Assembly (NCBI GenBank): GCA_964188305.1
Contig: OZ076898.1
Reading direction: 5' to 3' (one strand)
DNA from: Podarcis bocagei
Lineage: Eukaryota
DNA length: 64,000 bases
Within the stretch, counting starts at the first letter, position 1. Every line of letters begins with the position of its first letter. Positions 12,661 to 26,731 of the stretch are shown here, in pieces. The notes under the pieces are model-generated. The model worked only from the letters and a program-made list of their open reading frames with translations, did no database searches and had not been told where the DNA came from. Made by a program: the position numbers and the translations under genes.

Positions 12661-15281
12661 CTGGGGATGGAGCAAGCTGGTGAGCAAACCTCCGTGTGCT
12701 CTGGGCCAAACAAGCCTCAGAGGTGGCAGGCAACAGAGCCGCCTGGAGGAACTGAAGTCCACTACAAAGTTGCCAGGATTTACCACACCCTGCAGAGTTG
12801 ACGCCTCAGCTTCCAGTCCTAGATGTGGGAGGGGCAGCTTTGGTTGTTCGGGGCTGCAAAAGGGCACTGTAACCCATATTCCAGGCCTTGCAAATAGGTT
12901 TTGGGGCTGATCTCTGGCCTCTGTGTTTGTTTATATACACCCTGTAGTTATAGATTGGGGGGGGGGTCAGTCTGGACGATACCTGTAGGTTCCTTCCAAA
13001 TCCATGGTTCTGTATCCAGGAAGGTTTACAGTCTAGCAGAACAAGCCTCTAAATCAGCCACACAATTTTTGTTGCAAGGTAATGGCCTTGGCTGGTCAGG
13101 ATAGTATCATCATTTACATATTTGAAGGGGTTGCCCTAGAGACAAATGGGCAGGCCTTTTCCCCACCTCACTGAGATGGATGCCTCCTCATCCTAGGGTG
13201 GGGAATAACAGGCCAAGGAGTTTGTGTGAGAGAGTTTTTGGCTGATGCTTGAAGCTGGAGACACCGAGGCTGGACGTACTCTCTGGAGACCCCAAAGCTG
13301 TGCCTTGGGGCTTCCCTGAAGCCCTAAAGGAGAGGCAAGATCTGCTCTTGAGTCCCTCCTTCCTCTGTTAAGGTTGTATAGAGGTGCAAATAAAACACCC
13401 CCGTCTCTCCATCGGCCTTCATTCCCAGGAAGCCAAACCTGGGAAAGCGCAGGAACTCTTGGAGTTCCTTGGCACAGAGGAGCAAAAGGTGTATCTATCG
13501 CCTCCCACAATGAATGCCCCCTTTCTCCACCTCATCCATCTTCTGTCTCCAAAGCAGCCTGGAGGAGGGATGGGGCTGGGCCTCAGAGAGAGAGGGGGGT
13601 GCAGTGTGCCCACCCCAGGCCTCCTGGCACCTTATGGGGTTTTTGGCACCCGCGTGCCCCTCTTCCTCAAGCAGCCCTTTCATCTAGCTGGTGCAACCCT
13701 GCCTCTCCCCCCACCCCCCAGGCCCATCCACAGCCAAAGCAGGAGGGCTCGACAGAGGACTCTTTGACCAGGCGCCACTCCTGCCACACCTGCCCCAAAG
13801 AACCATGTGGGAACAAGATGCTCTCCCTAGCGGGGGAGGGGAAGGAGCTCTTGCTGGGTTTCAACAGGGAGGGCTCAAGTTGGGCTATCCAATCCAGGTG
13901 AGGTGAGAGAGAGAAAGAGGGGGGGGAGAGGGAGAGAGAGGCATTCTTCACATGCTCAAGGATCCTCTCTTTATCATCACATCACCAATTACAGGGACCA
14001 GCTCTTCTGGGCTCCAGTATCGCTTCCTAAACCCAACTCTCCCTCTTGCTTTTTTCCCTCTGTTACCAAAATGTACCAACAGGGTACATTTTTAGTGTCA
14101 GAATTTGAAGGAGGGGAGAATGAAACACCCTTTTTCATCCTGAATTTGATGTCCTGCCAAGTCAGTGCACACACTGCCTTTTGCAATACACTCTGCCAAT
14201 TGTTTGCTTAGGTGATAAATGGCCCCTCATGGGAATGTATCCCACCACCCAAGACATTCATTTGGAGAAACAGTCTTGCAAAAATGCCCTTTCGTGGTGA
14301 ATCCTGCAAAATGCTTGTTTTCTAGCGGTGTTTCAAAACTGTGTTGGCGGTCGTTCCTCACTCCCTTCCTCCCACCCCCCAATTTTCAACTTGTTCAGGA
14401 AATTAACCGCAAAAAGTGGGAAGGTCCAGACGGAAATACAGAACTCCAGGGATCTTCCTTGGAAATTATGCATCTCACACCCAGGACAGACTTTTCAGAC
14501 ATTACAGATACTCTGTTTGTATTTTTATGTTGTGAGCCACCCTGTGATCTTCAGAAGGAGGGGGGGTATAAAATTTTAATAAGAATAGAGGAACAATAAC
14601 AATAATTTAAGAGCCACCCTTCAGTGTAAGCTCCCAGGGGCAGCATATAGTTGTGGCTCAGCAGCCAGATGACTGGCCGGGGTTCCCTTTAGATTTTCTA
14701 CAACCCCAGTTTGTTTCTGGGCCCAAATCAAGGTGTTTGTGTTTAAAGCTGCAAAGGACTCAGGTCAGCCCAGCTCCTTCCCTACAGACCCTCTTTTTAA
14801 CTCGCCCTGAGACCGGCAGGTGAAGGGTGAATCATCATTACGCTTTTTTCTGACTGCTCCCCTTTTCTGGGTTTTAATAAAATGTTCTTTGGGATATATT
14901 CTGCAGATGAAAGGAGATTCTGACTAAATATTAGGAAGAACTAAAGCTAAACATTATGCAGAACATTCTGACAGTAAGAGCCGTTTGACAATGGAATGGG
15001 CTCCCTCGGGAGGCTGTGGAGACTCCTTCCTTGGAGGTTTCTAAGCAGAGGTTGGCTGTCCACCGGTCACAGATTCTTCAGCTGTGACCCCTGTATTGCA
15101 GGAGTCCTGGGCTAGATGGCCCTTCGGCTCCCTTCCACCCCTGCAGCTCTGCATCCTACATTCTATATTCTGAGGCTGAACGGCTTGCCCCGACCCAGCA
15201 CCAGCCAAGGGAGTTCAGCTCCCAGCCCCTTTGCAGCCCAAGAAGACGCCACCATCCAGCCGGACCAGCCGCCATACTCAC

Positions 15282-15658
15282 TCCAGGGCCTTCTTGCGCC
15301 TCCGCTTGTTGTCACTCGGGTGATGGCGGTAAGTGCCGTAGTCAAAGAGGGAGTCCATGGGGGCTTTCTTGGGTCCCGGCACGACCGAAGACTCATAGAT
15401 GGTGGACTCCAGCAGGTCCATGGGGTTTGGAACACCCTTGCGGAAAGCCCCGTGGAATTTCATCCGGAGGTTCTGCTTTCCATCCCCGGCTCCTGGGGGG
15501 CTTCGCGCAGCCTCGGCCGAGGGGGCTCCCTCCTCATTCTCAAACAGGTTGGCCAGTGAGGAGAGTGGGAAGGAGTCGTTCTGTGGGGAAAGCTCCTCGC
15601 TCGGACTCTCGGCAGACTCACTGGGGCTGGCGTGGGCCGCGTCTTCCAGATTTGCCAT
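15282..15658 (-). CDS. TRPV4: TRPV4 exon 2, first coding exon (start ATG at 15658)
   Basis: MANLEDAAH...[13 protein letters not shown]...[51 protein letters not shown]. Donor GA|gtgagt; polypyrimidine tract and AG acceptor at 15698-15697. Phases are consistent across exons 2-9. Confidence 0.96.
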
Positions 15659-16364
15659 GAGGGCTGTGGCGAGGGGCAGAGAGGCTCACACCTGGTCTGG
15701 GAGAGGGAAAAGGAATGGAATAAAATACAGAACAGAAGGGAGCATGCCACAATTTTTGCAAATCTTTCTTAACATTGTTAACAACCCAAAAGGGCAGTAG
15801 CAGGAGATTATATCATACGGTATATACAAAGCAAGCAAGCAATAAATAATAAGAGAAAGAAAAGGTGGCATGTCAATATAAATCAAGACATCCGGATGTA
15901 GAGTGTGGAGCATCTAAGTCCCAAGTCTTGTGGGTTCTCCACCCCCCTGGAAATGTGCGGCTTGTGTGCATTTCCCCCCAAATTAGCCAAAGTCCATAAG
16001 TTATATATGTATTACACAACCAAATGCAGATTTCTCAAGCTTTTCAAGGTTCAGAAAAGGGCCACTAAAAGGATCCTATGAAGAAAGGTTGCGGCATTTG
16101 GGACTTTTTATTTTAGAGACAAAGTGAGTGAGAAGCTTCCCCCCCCCCCAACAACTCCTGGACATCCCACAAAGCTGAATGTTGGAGGATTCAGCCAGGA
16201 CAGAGAAAATAAAGTCCTTCTTCATGCAGCGCAGAGCTGAACTGGGGAGGAGGCTGCAAGGGACACCAGCTTGGATGACTTTAGAAGAAGAGAGGGCTAT
16301 CAAGGGCTGTTAGCCACCATGGCTCTGCTCTGCCTCCAGTCTCTGGAAACCACAGGAGCGCAGG

Positions 16365-17103
16365 GAGGCACAAATACAAGATGGGTGACACCTGGCTTGA
16401 GAGCAGTACATGTGAAAAGGATCTAGGAGTCTTGGTTGACCACAAACTTGACATGAGCCAACAGTGTGACGCGGCAGCTAAAAAAGCCAATGCAATTCTG
16501 GGCTGCATCAATAGGAGTATAGCATCTAGATCAAGGGAAGTAATAGTGCCACTGTATTCTGCTCTGGTCAGACCACACCTGGAGTACTGTGTCCAGTTCT
16601 GGGCACCACAATTCAAGAAGGACACTGACAAACTAGAACGTGTCCAGAGGAGGGCAACCAAAATGGTCAAAGGCCTGGAAACGATGCCTTATGAGGAACG
16701 GCTAAGGGAGCTGGGCATGTTTAGCCTGGAGAAGAGGAGGTTAAGGGGTGATATGATAGCCATGTTCAAATATATAAAAGGATGTCACATAGAGGAGGGA
16801 GAAAGGTTGTTTTCTGCTGCTCCAGAGAAGCGGACACGGAGCAATGGATCCAAACTACAAGAAAGAAGATTCCACCTAAACATTAGGAAGAACTTCCTGA
16901 CAGTAAGAGCTGTTCGACAGTGGAATTTGCTGCCAAGGAGTGTGGTGGAGTCTCCTTCTTTGGAGGTCTTTAAGCAGAGGCTTGACAACCATATGTCAGG
17001 AGTGCTCTGATGGTGTTTCCTGCTTGGCAGGGGGTTGGACTCGATGGCCCTTGTGGTCTCTTCCAACTCTATGATTCTATGATTCTATGATTCTATGATT
17101 CTA
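16365..17103 (+). mobile_element. CR1 LINE, 5'-truncated young copy
   Basis: ORF 16381..17010 is the CR1 ORF2 C-terminus (EKDLGVLVD...[19 protein letters not shown]); (ATTCTATG)n tail. Confidence 0.95.
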
Positions 17104-17801
17104 GGGATTCCTTGGCAAATCCTGTCTGGGCTGGGCGAGATGGCCTCTGCCTCTTCTTATGTCCCATTGCTAAACTGCTGAAATCCTAGCTGCATCCTCA
17201 CATCCGTGTCCAAAGACCTTTAGCGCATCCAAGCTTTCATGTTGTGTGCTCACATATTTAGTAATGACAGTTGGGGGCGGGGCGTGGTCCTAGGAAGGAC
17301 TCTGTAAGCTCAGGGAATCCCTAGTCTTCATTTTTTGAAGACATATTCCAGACAAACATATTCCTGCCTATGCCCCAAATGGCAAAATTTGGAGACATCA
17401 AAAAAGAACCAAAGGGTCAGTTCCTGTAGTCCCTACGGAATCCCCATGGGATTTCTGCCACGGTCACCAAAATGTCTTGAAATCATTTCTACTAAAAGTG
17501 TACACTGGGGGGTGGGCGAGAGCCTGTAAATCTGTATGGAACTGCAGTGCCAACTGCAGGTATACTAATCTGCTTAAATTAAATTGATTTCACTTTTAAA
17601 ACATTCAGCGAACTTCCCCCCCACCCCCAGCACCAAGGGCTTGTCAATCACCTTGGAACTCTGTGGCGGGAGCAGTTTTAACTCTTACCAAGCCATTAGG
17701 GCAAAACAACACCTGTTTGTGCCTCCAGAACGAAGAGGACTAGAAACCTGCTGTGTTGGGTTCCTTTGGCTGTTTTAAATGAAAGCTGAACGTGCAGAAG
17801 G

Positions 17802-17970
17802 CCATAGCTCAGTGGCGCAGCATCTGCCGTGCATGCAGAAGAGCCTGGGTTCAATCCCAGGCATTGCCACTGAAAGGGAGCAGGAAGCGATGGCAAAGAC
17901 CACTGGCTGCCTGAAACCCCCGAGGGCTTGCTACCAGTCAGTGTAGACACCAGGGGTCTGACTCAGGAAA
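17802..17970 (+). mobile_element. tRNA-derived SINE (Squam3-like)
   Basis: A box tagctcagtgg and B box ggttcaatccc, followed by a non-tRNA body; related copies near 36945 and 38910-39200. Confidence 0.65.
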
Positions 17971-20900
17971 AGTCAGCTCCTGTGTTCCTGTGCCAAGAAA
18001 GGGCCTGGAAGATGCCTGCAAAGGCAAGGACCCCACCACCCCAGCCCAACTTCAGACCTGGCTCTGGGTGCAAATCCCCATCCCACCTGAAACTCTAATT
18101 GCGTTCCAAATACCACCCACCTTGGGCTCTCGAGTGCAAAGAAGCTGGATTTGCCTGGCGCTCGTCCTCCTGGGCTGAAACGGCAACAATTTCCATGTGC
18201 CAGATGTGCTCCGCAGGCACACAGGAGAGTGATGTGGGGAGGAACTGGGGAAAGGAGGGAGGCTGGAGGAGCTCTACGCTGCTGCTGCTGCTGCTCTGTC
18301 CCATCTGCCAGCCGCCCCACCAGGGCCTGCTTCAAAGAGCGCTGTGGAGAGGACGGTGGGGCTGGCCACCAGCCCACCCACGCCCAGATGTGGTTGCTCT
18401 ACGGCACAGACGCCAGCAGGGCAAGGAAACAAGGGCAGCTTTCACCAGCCCAACCCCACCCAAAGTCCAGCTTCCTCGGGATGTAGAGAGGCAGGAGGAT
18501 TTGAAGTTTCAGGGGGCCCTGAGCTGCTCCGTCACCAAGGCAAAGATTTCCGGAACAGCAAATTGTGTGCTAAGGAAGAAAAGGCTGCCTCTTTAGGGGG
18601 GCATGGCCAGCTCAGTTGCACTGGGCACAAGTATTGGAGGCACCACAACCACTTTTTAGAATGAAGTGTGAGAGGCAGCGGGCGGCACCTTTGAGGCCCA
18701 AAGTCCAGCTCTGGTTCTGAGCCCAGGGATTTGTTTTCAGGACCAGAAAGGAACTGATCCTACCATCCTTTCCCACCAGAGTCAACTTCTGGCTTAGCTC
18801 TCTTCATTTCACCAGCCTAATCCGGAGCAAGTCATTTTGAGGCTGATGCTGCTAAATCCTTCCTGCAAGTTGCCCAGAGATCTACCATGACTTCTCAGTC
18901 CACCTGCTGCTAACCTGTGTTCTCTGGTGGATGCTCTGAGACTGAGTGAGCAGCTCTACACATCTCTGCTCAGGGCCCACTCCCACAGAGCTGAAAGAGG
19001 CCAACGCCCAGGTATTGCAGCCGCCGTCACAAACACCCCCAGGCAGCCTCCCCAGCTCAGAAAGCCTCCCCAATCGGCAACATGTGACCAATGATACTAC
19101 TACTAATAATAATAATAGAAATAGTTGTGATTCCTGCATTGCAGGGGGTTGGACTAGATGATGCTTTGGGTCCAGACTTCTGCAAAGGAAGCAGGCTAAA
19201 TAATTAGAATCACAGAATAGTAGGAAGGGACCCCAAGGGGTCATCTAGTCCAACCCCCTGCAATGCAGGAATCTCAACTGAAGAATCCCTGACAGGTGGC
19301 CATCCAACCTCTTCTTAAAAACCTCCAATGAATTAATAAAGCACTTTCAGAGCGTTCAAAACACTTCACTCTGGAGTAAATCCAAGGTGGTGCTTTTAAT
19401 TTCAACCATTGCTATGGTAATGAGGTCTGAATCCTTGCTAAGAAGTTGAAACCTGTTGCAGTGATGTAGCGGTGATGGGAAGGCCCTCTGCACATGCTTC
19501 TGGTCTAGTAACTAAGCACCAGGATTGTAAACAAACTTCAGGGCTGAAACTAGAAATCTCCCCCCCCCGGGGGGGGGGTAGGAGAGAGAAGGAATTTTGC
19601 CCTCCAACAGTTGGAGCCGCATGTCTGACAGTCACAATAAAAGGTGAAGGTATCTGCCAAAGGGCCAAGCCTTCTGCCTCTTCTCTTCCGCGTGTAATCA
19701 AGGCAAAGGCAGTTCTGTGCAGCCTTTCCTCCAAGTTCTGGCAGGACAGGGAGGGGGGGCGGGGGGAGACCTGCAAAAGCCACCATCCCCCTGTGATTTT
19801 CTACTTGGCGGCAGCCTTGTCTGACAAGCTCTCCCCTGGGAGAGGCACCGCGCTGGCTTTGCATACTTCTCATTACGCAGCCTGTCATTACACTTGGTGG
19901 CTGCCAAGTCCCATCCAGTCCACTTGCCCAAGGGCTCTGCTCATCTGGGGTGGGGGCAGCCTGGGATCCCCCCTCCTTTTCACAGGGTGTTGTTTAGGGG
20001 TGTTGTAACAGGAGGAGAAGCTGCAGCCCCCCGCAGCAGCCTTTTTCAACTCCCATCACCCCAATCAGCTGGGGAGCACCAGTTTAGCAAAAAGGCTTCT
20101 CTCACAAAGCCCTCCAGTTTTTCTTGAAAAAAAATGCACATCTGAGTGTGCCATGAAGCAGTTCTGCAAAACAAAGCACCTTTTCCTTTTGGCAGGTGTG
20201 ATCTTATTCGATATACCTTCACAAGCTTTCCAACAATGAGGGGGCAGGGGGCAAATTCTAGAGGTCAGAAGCAACCCGCCATGCAAGGTTGTCGTAGGAG
20301 CAAACAACCTGAGAATAAGCCCTGAATCCGACCAAAGGGGCATCTCCTGCCATGGACAGCCAAGGACCTCTTGGGAAGTCCTCAAGCTTGGGGGGGGGAC
20401 CTAGAGAGTGGAAAGAGGGACTTGGAATCACAGAATTGTAGAGTTGGGACTACCAAGGGTCATTTAGTCCATCACTGCTGCAAAGCAGGAATCACAGCTG
20501 AAGAATCCCTGACAGGTGGACACGCGGCCTCTGCTTAAAATCCTCCAATGACTTGATGCAGCAAAGAAATGAGAGTGAGTAGCAGTTCTCTGCAGAGTCT
20601 GGCAGGTTTTAGAAAAGCAGTTCTCTTCTTAGGGGGCAACCTGGGAAAACTCCAGGGCAGCAATGGGGCAGCAATGTACCCCCCTTCCGGAGGCTGTGGG
20701 GCCACACAGCTCCATCACCAGCAACCTCTGGCCACGCTGGCTTGGGGGGAAGGAAATAGTCAAGTTAAGACAAGTTTATTGCATGCATCAAGATCCTTTA
20801 CAATATATAAAATATAATATTTTCAAAGCAATATGTGAATTGGTCTGCTTGGCCCCTGTGAGAACCGGGTGCTGGCCTGATCCAGCAGCCTCTTCTGATG

Positions 20901-23420
20901 CTCTAAACTAGGGGAGAAATTTGTTGTGGAAAGACACAGGACTTCCTGCTATGTCTGCTGCCCTCCAGGGATAACAAAACCCTGAATTAAAACCTTATTA
21001 TAATTCTTGATATGGCAAGAATGCAAAATTATTTATTATTAGTTATTATGATGATGTTTCCATTCCATTCCTATGCCACCTTTTCATCCATGGAGCTCAA
21101 GGCAGCACACCTGGCCCTCTCTCTCCTCACGGAATCCCCATAACAGCCCTGAGAGGCAGGGACAGGCTTCTGGGTCGCTCCATGAGCTTCATTGCCAAGT
21201 GCACATTTGAACCCTGATCTCCCAGGTCCCAGTCTGATACACCACCCTGGCTGTCCAAGTTTAGCCACCAAATGCACAAAGGTTTATCAGCTAGAAAGGG
21301 TGGGAAATGGAGGCAGCCCCGGCCTCTAGGGAGATGCCAGGCCGTGAGCTCAGCCTGAAGGCACACAGAGGCCCGCTTGTTCCCGTTCCGTTGGTTTGCT
21401 GGCCACTGAAATTTGGGGCCACCCACTGGCCATGCTCCCGTTTGCTTTTCAGACACACCTGAAGCACCAATGATTCATTTCCCTTCCTGCTGTCGGTTGG
21501 CCCTGCCTGGCTGGAAGAGGCCGCAAGGATGGTGCCTCTGGATGACAGAGGGTTTGTGATTTCGAGGGCAGCAGCAAACGCCAAGGCCTCTCCAGCTGCC
21601 CAGTCTTATTAAGAATAAAAATGTTAGTTCTTTGTCGAGGGCTGAGAAAACGAGGTGCTGTTCAGAAGGCATCAGAGGCCTGGTCCAAACAGGCCAAATT
21701 ACAATGGAATATAAGCAACATGGAGTAGTTCAAAGGTGGTGGAGGCCACAGCTGTCTGCAAAAGACTGCCTGGAGACGAAACAAAGCTCTCCATCCCTAA
21801 GACCTTCCATGGGCCAGAAATGGAAGACACTAAAGGGATTAAACCTCTCATTGTGGTACCAGAATATGTGGACACTGGCTATGGCAGAGAAATGAACACA
21901 CAAATTACGTGTCTCTGGGGGTAAGGAAGGCTGTTTGTTGGAATTTCATTTCTTATGCATCCAGTTGTTTTAGCTGAAATTCCTGCATTGCAGGGGGTTG
22001 GTCTAGATGACCCTCAGGATCCCTTCTAACTACAATTCTATGATTCGATGAGGTTCAGAAACACAAAATGTTCTTTCCTCCAATGAAATGGAGAAATTTG
22101 GCTTTCACAATGTGATTTGCTGCATTTATTTTTCTACATGATCTTCCCTCTATTTATTTGGAAAACACAGCTTTTGTGCAGCTCTTACATCATACAACTT
22201 TGAGTATGTTTTCTTCCTAGTAGTTCTGATGCCACATCATCATCATTATTATTTAAAAAACCCATTATGTATATTTAACGTAAGACGGCCCTTCGAGTCC
22301 AGTATCCTGTGGCCCTCCAGGTGCCCCGATGGGAAGCCCCCAAACAGGGCAGGAGTGCAAGAGCAGCCACCCTCCCCACACCTGTGCTGCCCTCCCCCCA
22401 TGGCTAGTCACTGTGGGGACCTCTCCTCCACAAGCCCTTTCCCAGCTCAAGGTGTTTTTGGAACACACGGGGCTTCAGAGGGGCCCAATCCACCAAGTCA
22501 TTCTCACTGGAACCCCTGGCCATTCTTCACCACCCAGCCAAAAGCGCAGGGGCCTGTCAGGTTGGGCAAGCAGCCCTCTCTCCCTGCACTGGATGACTTT
22601 GGGGGATCCTCCCAGCTCTGAGCTCAGTCCCAGGGGGACCCCCCTTTCTCTCCGACACAAAGACCGGAGCGGGTGGGGTGCAAAACATGCTGCCTTCCTG
22701 CACTGCATCACGGCTTCCCCCACCTCTGTCCCTAAAGCTGGGATGGCCTTTGTACCCTGTGCCCAGGGGGCGGGCGGAGTCCCCTGCGGACGCCAGACAC
22801 AAAGCAGCCGCCTATTGTGACTTTCAAGATTAATGTCCTGCCAGAAACTTCCAGGCTTCCGGTCGTGTTTCCATTCAGAAGGCCTTTGCGGGTCTGAAGT
22901 GAACAGCTGTGGACCTGTTCCCCCCTCACCTGGCTAGATGCCACATCCTCCTAGGGCGGAGAATCTGAGGCCCAGCGGGGCATGCATGGGAGAGGCCTGC
23001 GCATTTGGGCTGAGGAGACACAGGCATGACTTGCTCTGCGCTTGACCTCAAAGCTGTCCACTGAGGAAGCAAGAGCTGCTGGGCTGTGGATGCTGTGAGC
23101 CCCTCGTGAAGGACAGCTGAGCCAGAGCAGGGGCTGGGGCTGCAGTTCCTCAGAACTCCACCAGAGGGCTGGAGCCTCTCTCTGATTGGCTACCAAGACA
23201 GCTAGTCAGAGGGGGTGGAGCCAGCACTTTGGGAGGGAGTATAAAAGGACTCATTTCTGAGAAAGAGCTCAGATGGTAAGATAGTTGAAGAGAGAGCCGG
23301 AGGGAGAGAAGGAGAGCTGGTTCTGGTCTGTGTGGAACAACCACGCTCAGGAAAATATCTACAGCTAGAAGAAGGAGCCTCTGAGCTTAGACTGGAAGAC
23401 AGTGTAATGTCTAGGGAAAG

Positions 23421-24277
23421 TAGAATCATAGAATCATAGAGTTGGAATAGACCACAAGGGCCATCGAGTCCAACCCCCTGCCAAGCAGGAAACACCATCA
23501 GAGCATTCCTGACATATGGTTGTCAAGCCTCTGCTTAAAGACCTCCAAAGTAGGAGACTCCACCACACTCCTTGGCAGCAAATTCCACTGTCGAACAGCT
23601 CTTACTGTCAGGAAGTTCTTCCTAATGTTTAGGTGCAATCTTCTTTCTTGTAGTTTGGCTCCATTGCTCCGTGTCCGCTTCTCTGGAGCAGCAGAAAACA
23701 ACCTTTCACCCTCCTCTATGTGACATCCTTTTATATATTGGAACATGGCTATCATATCACCCCTTAACCTCCTCTTCTCCAGGCTAAACATGCCCAGCTC
23801 CCTTAGCCGTTCCTCATAAGGCATCGTTTCCAGGCCTTTGACCATTTTGGTTGCCCTCCTCTGGACACGTTCCAGTTTGTCAGTGTCCTTCTTGAACTGT
23901 GGTGCCCAGAACTGGACACAGTACTCCAGGCGAGGTCTGACCAGAGCAGAATACAGTGGCACTATTACTTCCCTTGATCTAGATGCTATACTCCTATTGA
24001 TGCAGCCCAGAATTGCATTGGCTTTTTTAGCTGCCGCGTCACACTGTTGGCTCATGTCAAGTTTGTGGTCAACCAAGACTCCTAGATCCTTTTCACATGT
24101 ACTGCTCTCAAGCCAGGTGTCCCCCATCTTGTATTTGTGCCTCTCATTCCCCCCCCCAAGTGCAATACTTTACATTTCTCCCTGTTAAAATTCATCTTGT
24201 TTGTTTTTGCCCAGTTCTCTAATCTGTCAAGGTCATTTTGAAGCGTGATCCTGTCCTCTGGGGTGTTAGCCACCCCT
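23421..24277 (-). mobile_element. CR1 LINE, 5'-truncated young copy
   Basis: ORF 23498..24127 is nearly identical to 16381..17010; ATTCTATG tail at 23421. Confidence 0.95.
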
Positions 24278-24544
24278 AACAGACAGGAGTATTCAGACAG
24301 GAGTGGACTGGAGGGCTGAGTCTGAGCCAGGGGAAGTAGAGCTGTGAGGATAGCATCTCCTTGGGTCTCCTGTCAGTCATGAGGGGAGAGAAGAATCCCA
24401 AGCCAGTGAAGAGGGATGAGGGGACCCCCTGGGTCTGTTATACTGCCAGAAGTACCCCAGGTGTGTGATTGCTATAAGGCGGGGAAGCTGACAGAATGTA
24501 GTGCCTTGTTTAAGAACCAAAGTATTAAGCTGAAACGCCTATGC

Positions 24545-24817
24545 CAGGGGTTGGCAAAGTTTTTGTGGCTTGGGCCGGTTCATGGTCCTGCAGACACCGC
24601 GGTGGGCCACAGTGCGCACGCACATGAATGTGCAAACGCTATTTCCGGCACTCCTTCCGGCACGGAGGAGGCGTGCGCAGCTTCCCATTGGCTGCAGGAG
24701 CGCCAGTTTAGCGCCAGGCGGGTGGCGGGGGTCCCTGAACGGGTGGGGGTCCATGGGCCAGCTAAATGACCCCCAGGGGCCACTTGTGGCCCATGGGCCT
24801 TAGGTTGCCGACCTCTG
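24545..24817. mobile_element. hAT-family MITE
   Basis: TIRs caggggttggcaa / ttgccgacctctg; imperfect 8-bp TSD gcctatgc / acctacgc. Confidence 0.8.
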
Positions 24818-25260
24818 ACCTACGCAATTAAGTTTAAGAAACTGAAGTAACAAAATTGGAAATAAGCTAAGAATTTACCATCTAAAACCTAAAAACCTGT
24901 AAAATTTACCTGAAGTGAAATAACTGAACAGCAACTGAAGATTAAAAGAAGCTGTGTTTGATTAGAAGCCTGTCACCTCCTTTTGATTTAGTATAATTAT
25001 TAATAGGTTAACTGTTTCCTGAAAGAACATTGCCTCCTGATGCATGCTGTTTTATCAACTTTGTTCTATAAAATCTTTCTTATTAGTTCAACCTCTGTCT
25101 CAGTCTCCAAGTACCAAAGTTTTTCTTCACACAAAATCCAAAAAGATAACTTGCAGTGCTTATTAGAGTGTGTATGCAGTTAGGATCTGCCACAATTGGT
25201 ATACGTAGATGGGATCCACTACACAATTGATGGTAGCTATGGAATCCACTACATTTTTGG

Positions 25261-26731
25261 TGATCTCAGAACCACTGGCAGTCATCTTTGAGAATTCCTG
25301 GAGAACAGGCGAAGTCCCGGCAGACTGGAGGAGGGCAAATGTTGTCCCTATTTTCAAAAAGGGGGAAAGAGAGGTCCCAAATAATTATCGCCCAGTCAGT
25401 CTGACATCAATACCAGGGAAGATTCTGGAGCAGATCATTAAGCAGACAGTCTGTGAGCACCTAGAAAGGAATGCTGTGATCACCATGTGTCAGCATGGAT
25501 TTCTGAAAAATAAGTCATGTCAGACTAACCTGATCTCGTTTTTTGACAGAATTACAAGCCTGGTAGATGAAGGGAATGCAGTGGATGTAGCCTACCTTGA
25601 TTTCAGCAAGGCATTCGACCAGGTGCCCCATGATATTCTTGTAAAGAAGCTGGTAAAATGCGGTCTTGACTATGCTACCACTCAGTGGATTTGTAACTGG
25701 CTGACTGACCAAACCCAAAGGGTGCTCATCAATGGTTCCTCTTCATCCTGGAGTGACTAGTGGGGTGCCACAGGGTTCTGTCTTGGGCCCGGTCTTATTC
25801 AACATCTTTATCAACGATTTGGATGATGGACTCAAGCGCATCCTGATCAAATTTGCAGATGACACCAAACTGGGAGGGGTGGCTAACACCCCAGAGGACA
25901 GGATCACACTTCAAAACGACCTTGACAGATTAGAGAACTGGGCCAAAACAAACAAGATGAATTTTAACAGGGAGAAATGTAAAGTATTGCACTTGGGCAA
26001 AAAAAATGAGAGGCACAAATACAAGATGGGGGACACCTGGCTTGAGAGTAGTACATGTGAAAAGGATCTAGGAGTCTTGGTTGACCACAAACTTGACATG
26101 AGCCAACAGTGTGACGCGGCAGCTAAAAAAGCCAATGCAATTCTGGGCTGCATCAATAGGAGTATAGCATCTAGATCAAGGGAAGTAATAGTGCCACTGT
26201 ATTCTGCTCTGGTCAGACCTCACCTGGAGTACTGTGTCCAGTTCTGGGCACCACAGTTCAAGAAGGACACTGACAAACTGGAACATGTCCAGAGGAGGGC
26301 AACCAAAATGGTCAAAGGCCTGGAAACGATGCCTTATGAGGAACGGCTAAGGGAGCTGGGCATGTTTAGCCTGGAGAAGAGGAGGTTAAGGGGTGATATG
26401 ATAGCCATGTTCAAATATATAAAAGGATGGTCATATAGAGGAGGGTGAAAGGTTGTTTTCTGCTGCTCCAGAGAAGCGGACACGGAGCAATGGATCCAAA
26501 CTACAAGAAAGAAGATTCCACCTAAACATTAGGAAGAACTTCCTGACAGTAAGAGCTGTTCGACAGTGGAATTTGCTGCCAAGGAGTGTGGTGGAGTCTC
26601 CTACTTTGGAGGTCTTTAAGCAGAGGCTTGACAACCATATGTCAGGAGTGCTCTGATGGTGTTTCCTGCTTGGCAGGGGGTTGGACTCGATGGCCCTTGT
26701 GGTCTATTCCAACTCTATGATTCTATGATTC
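25261..26731 (+). mobile_element. CR1 LINE, 5'-truncated, RT domain with two frameshifts
   Basis: [28 protein letters not shown] and KFADDTKL motifs; frameshifts near 25750 and 26430; ATTCTATG tail; possible TSD tttggt. Confidence 0.95.
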
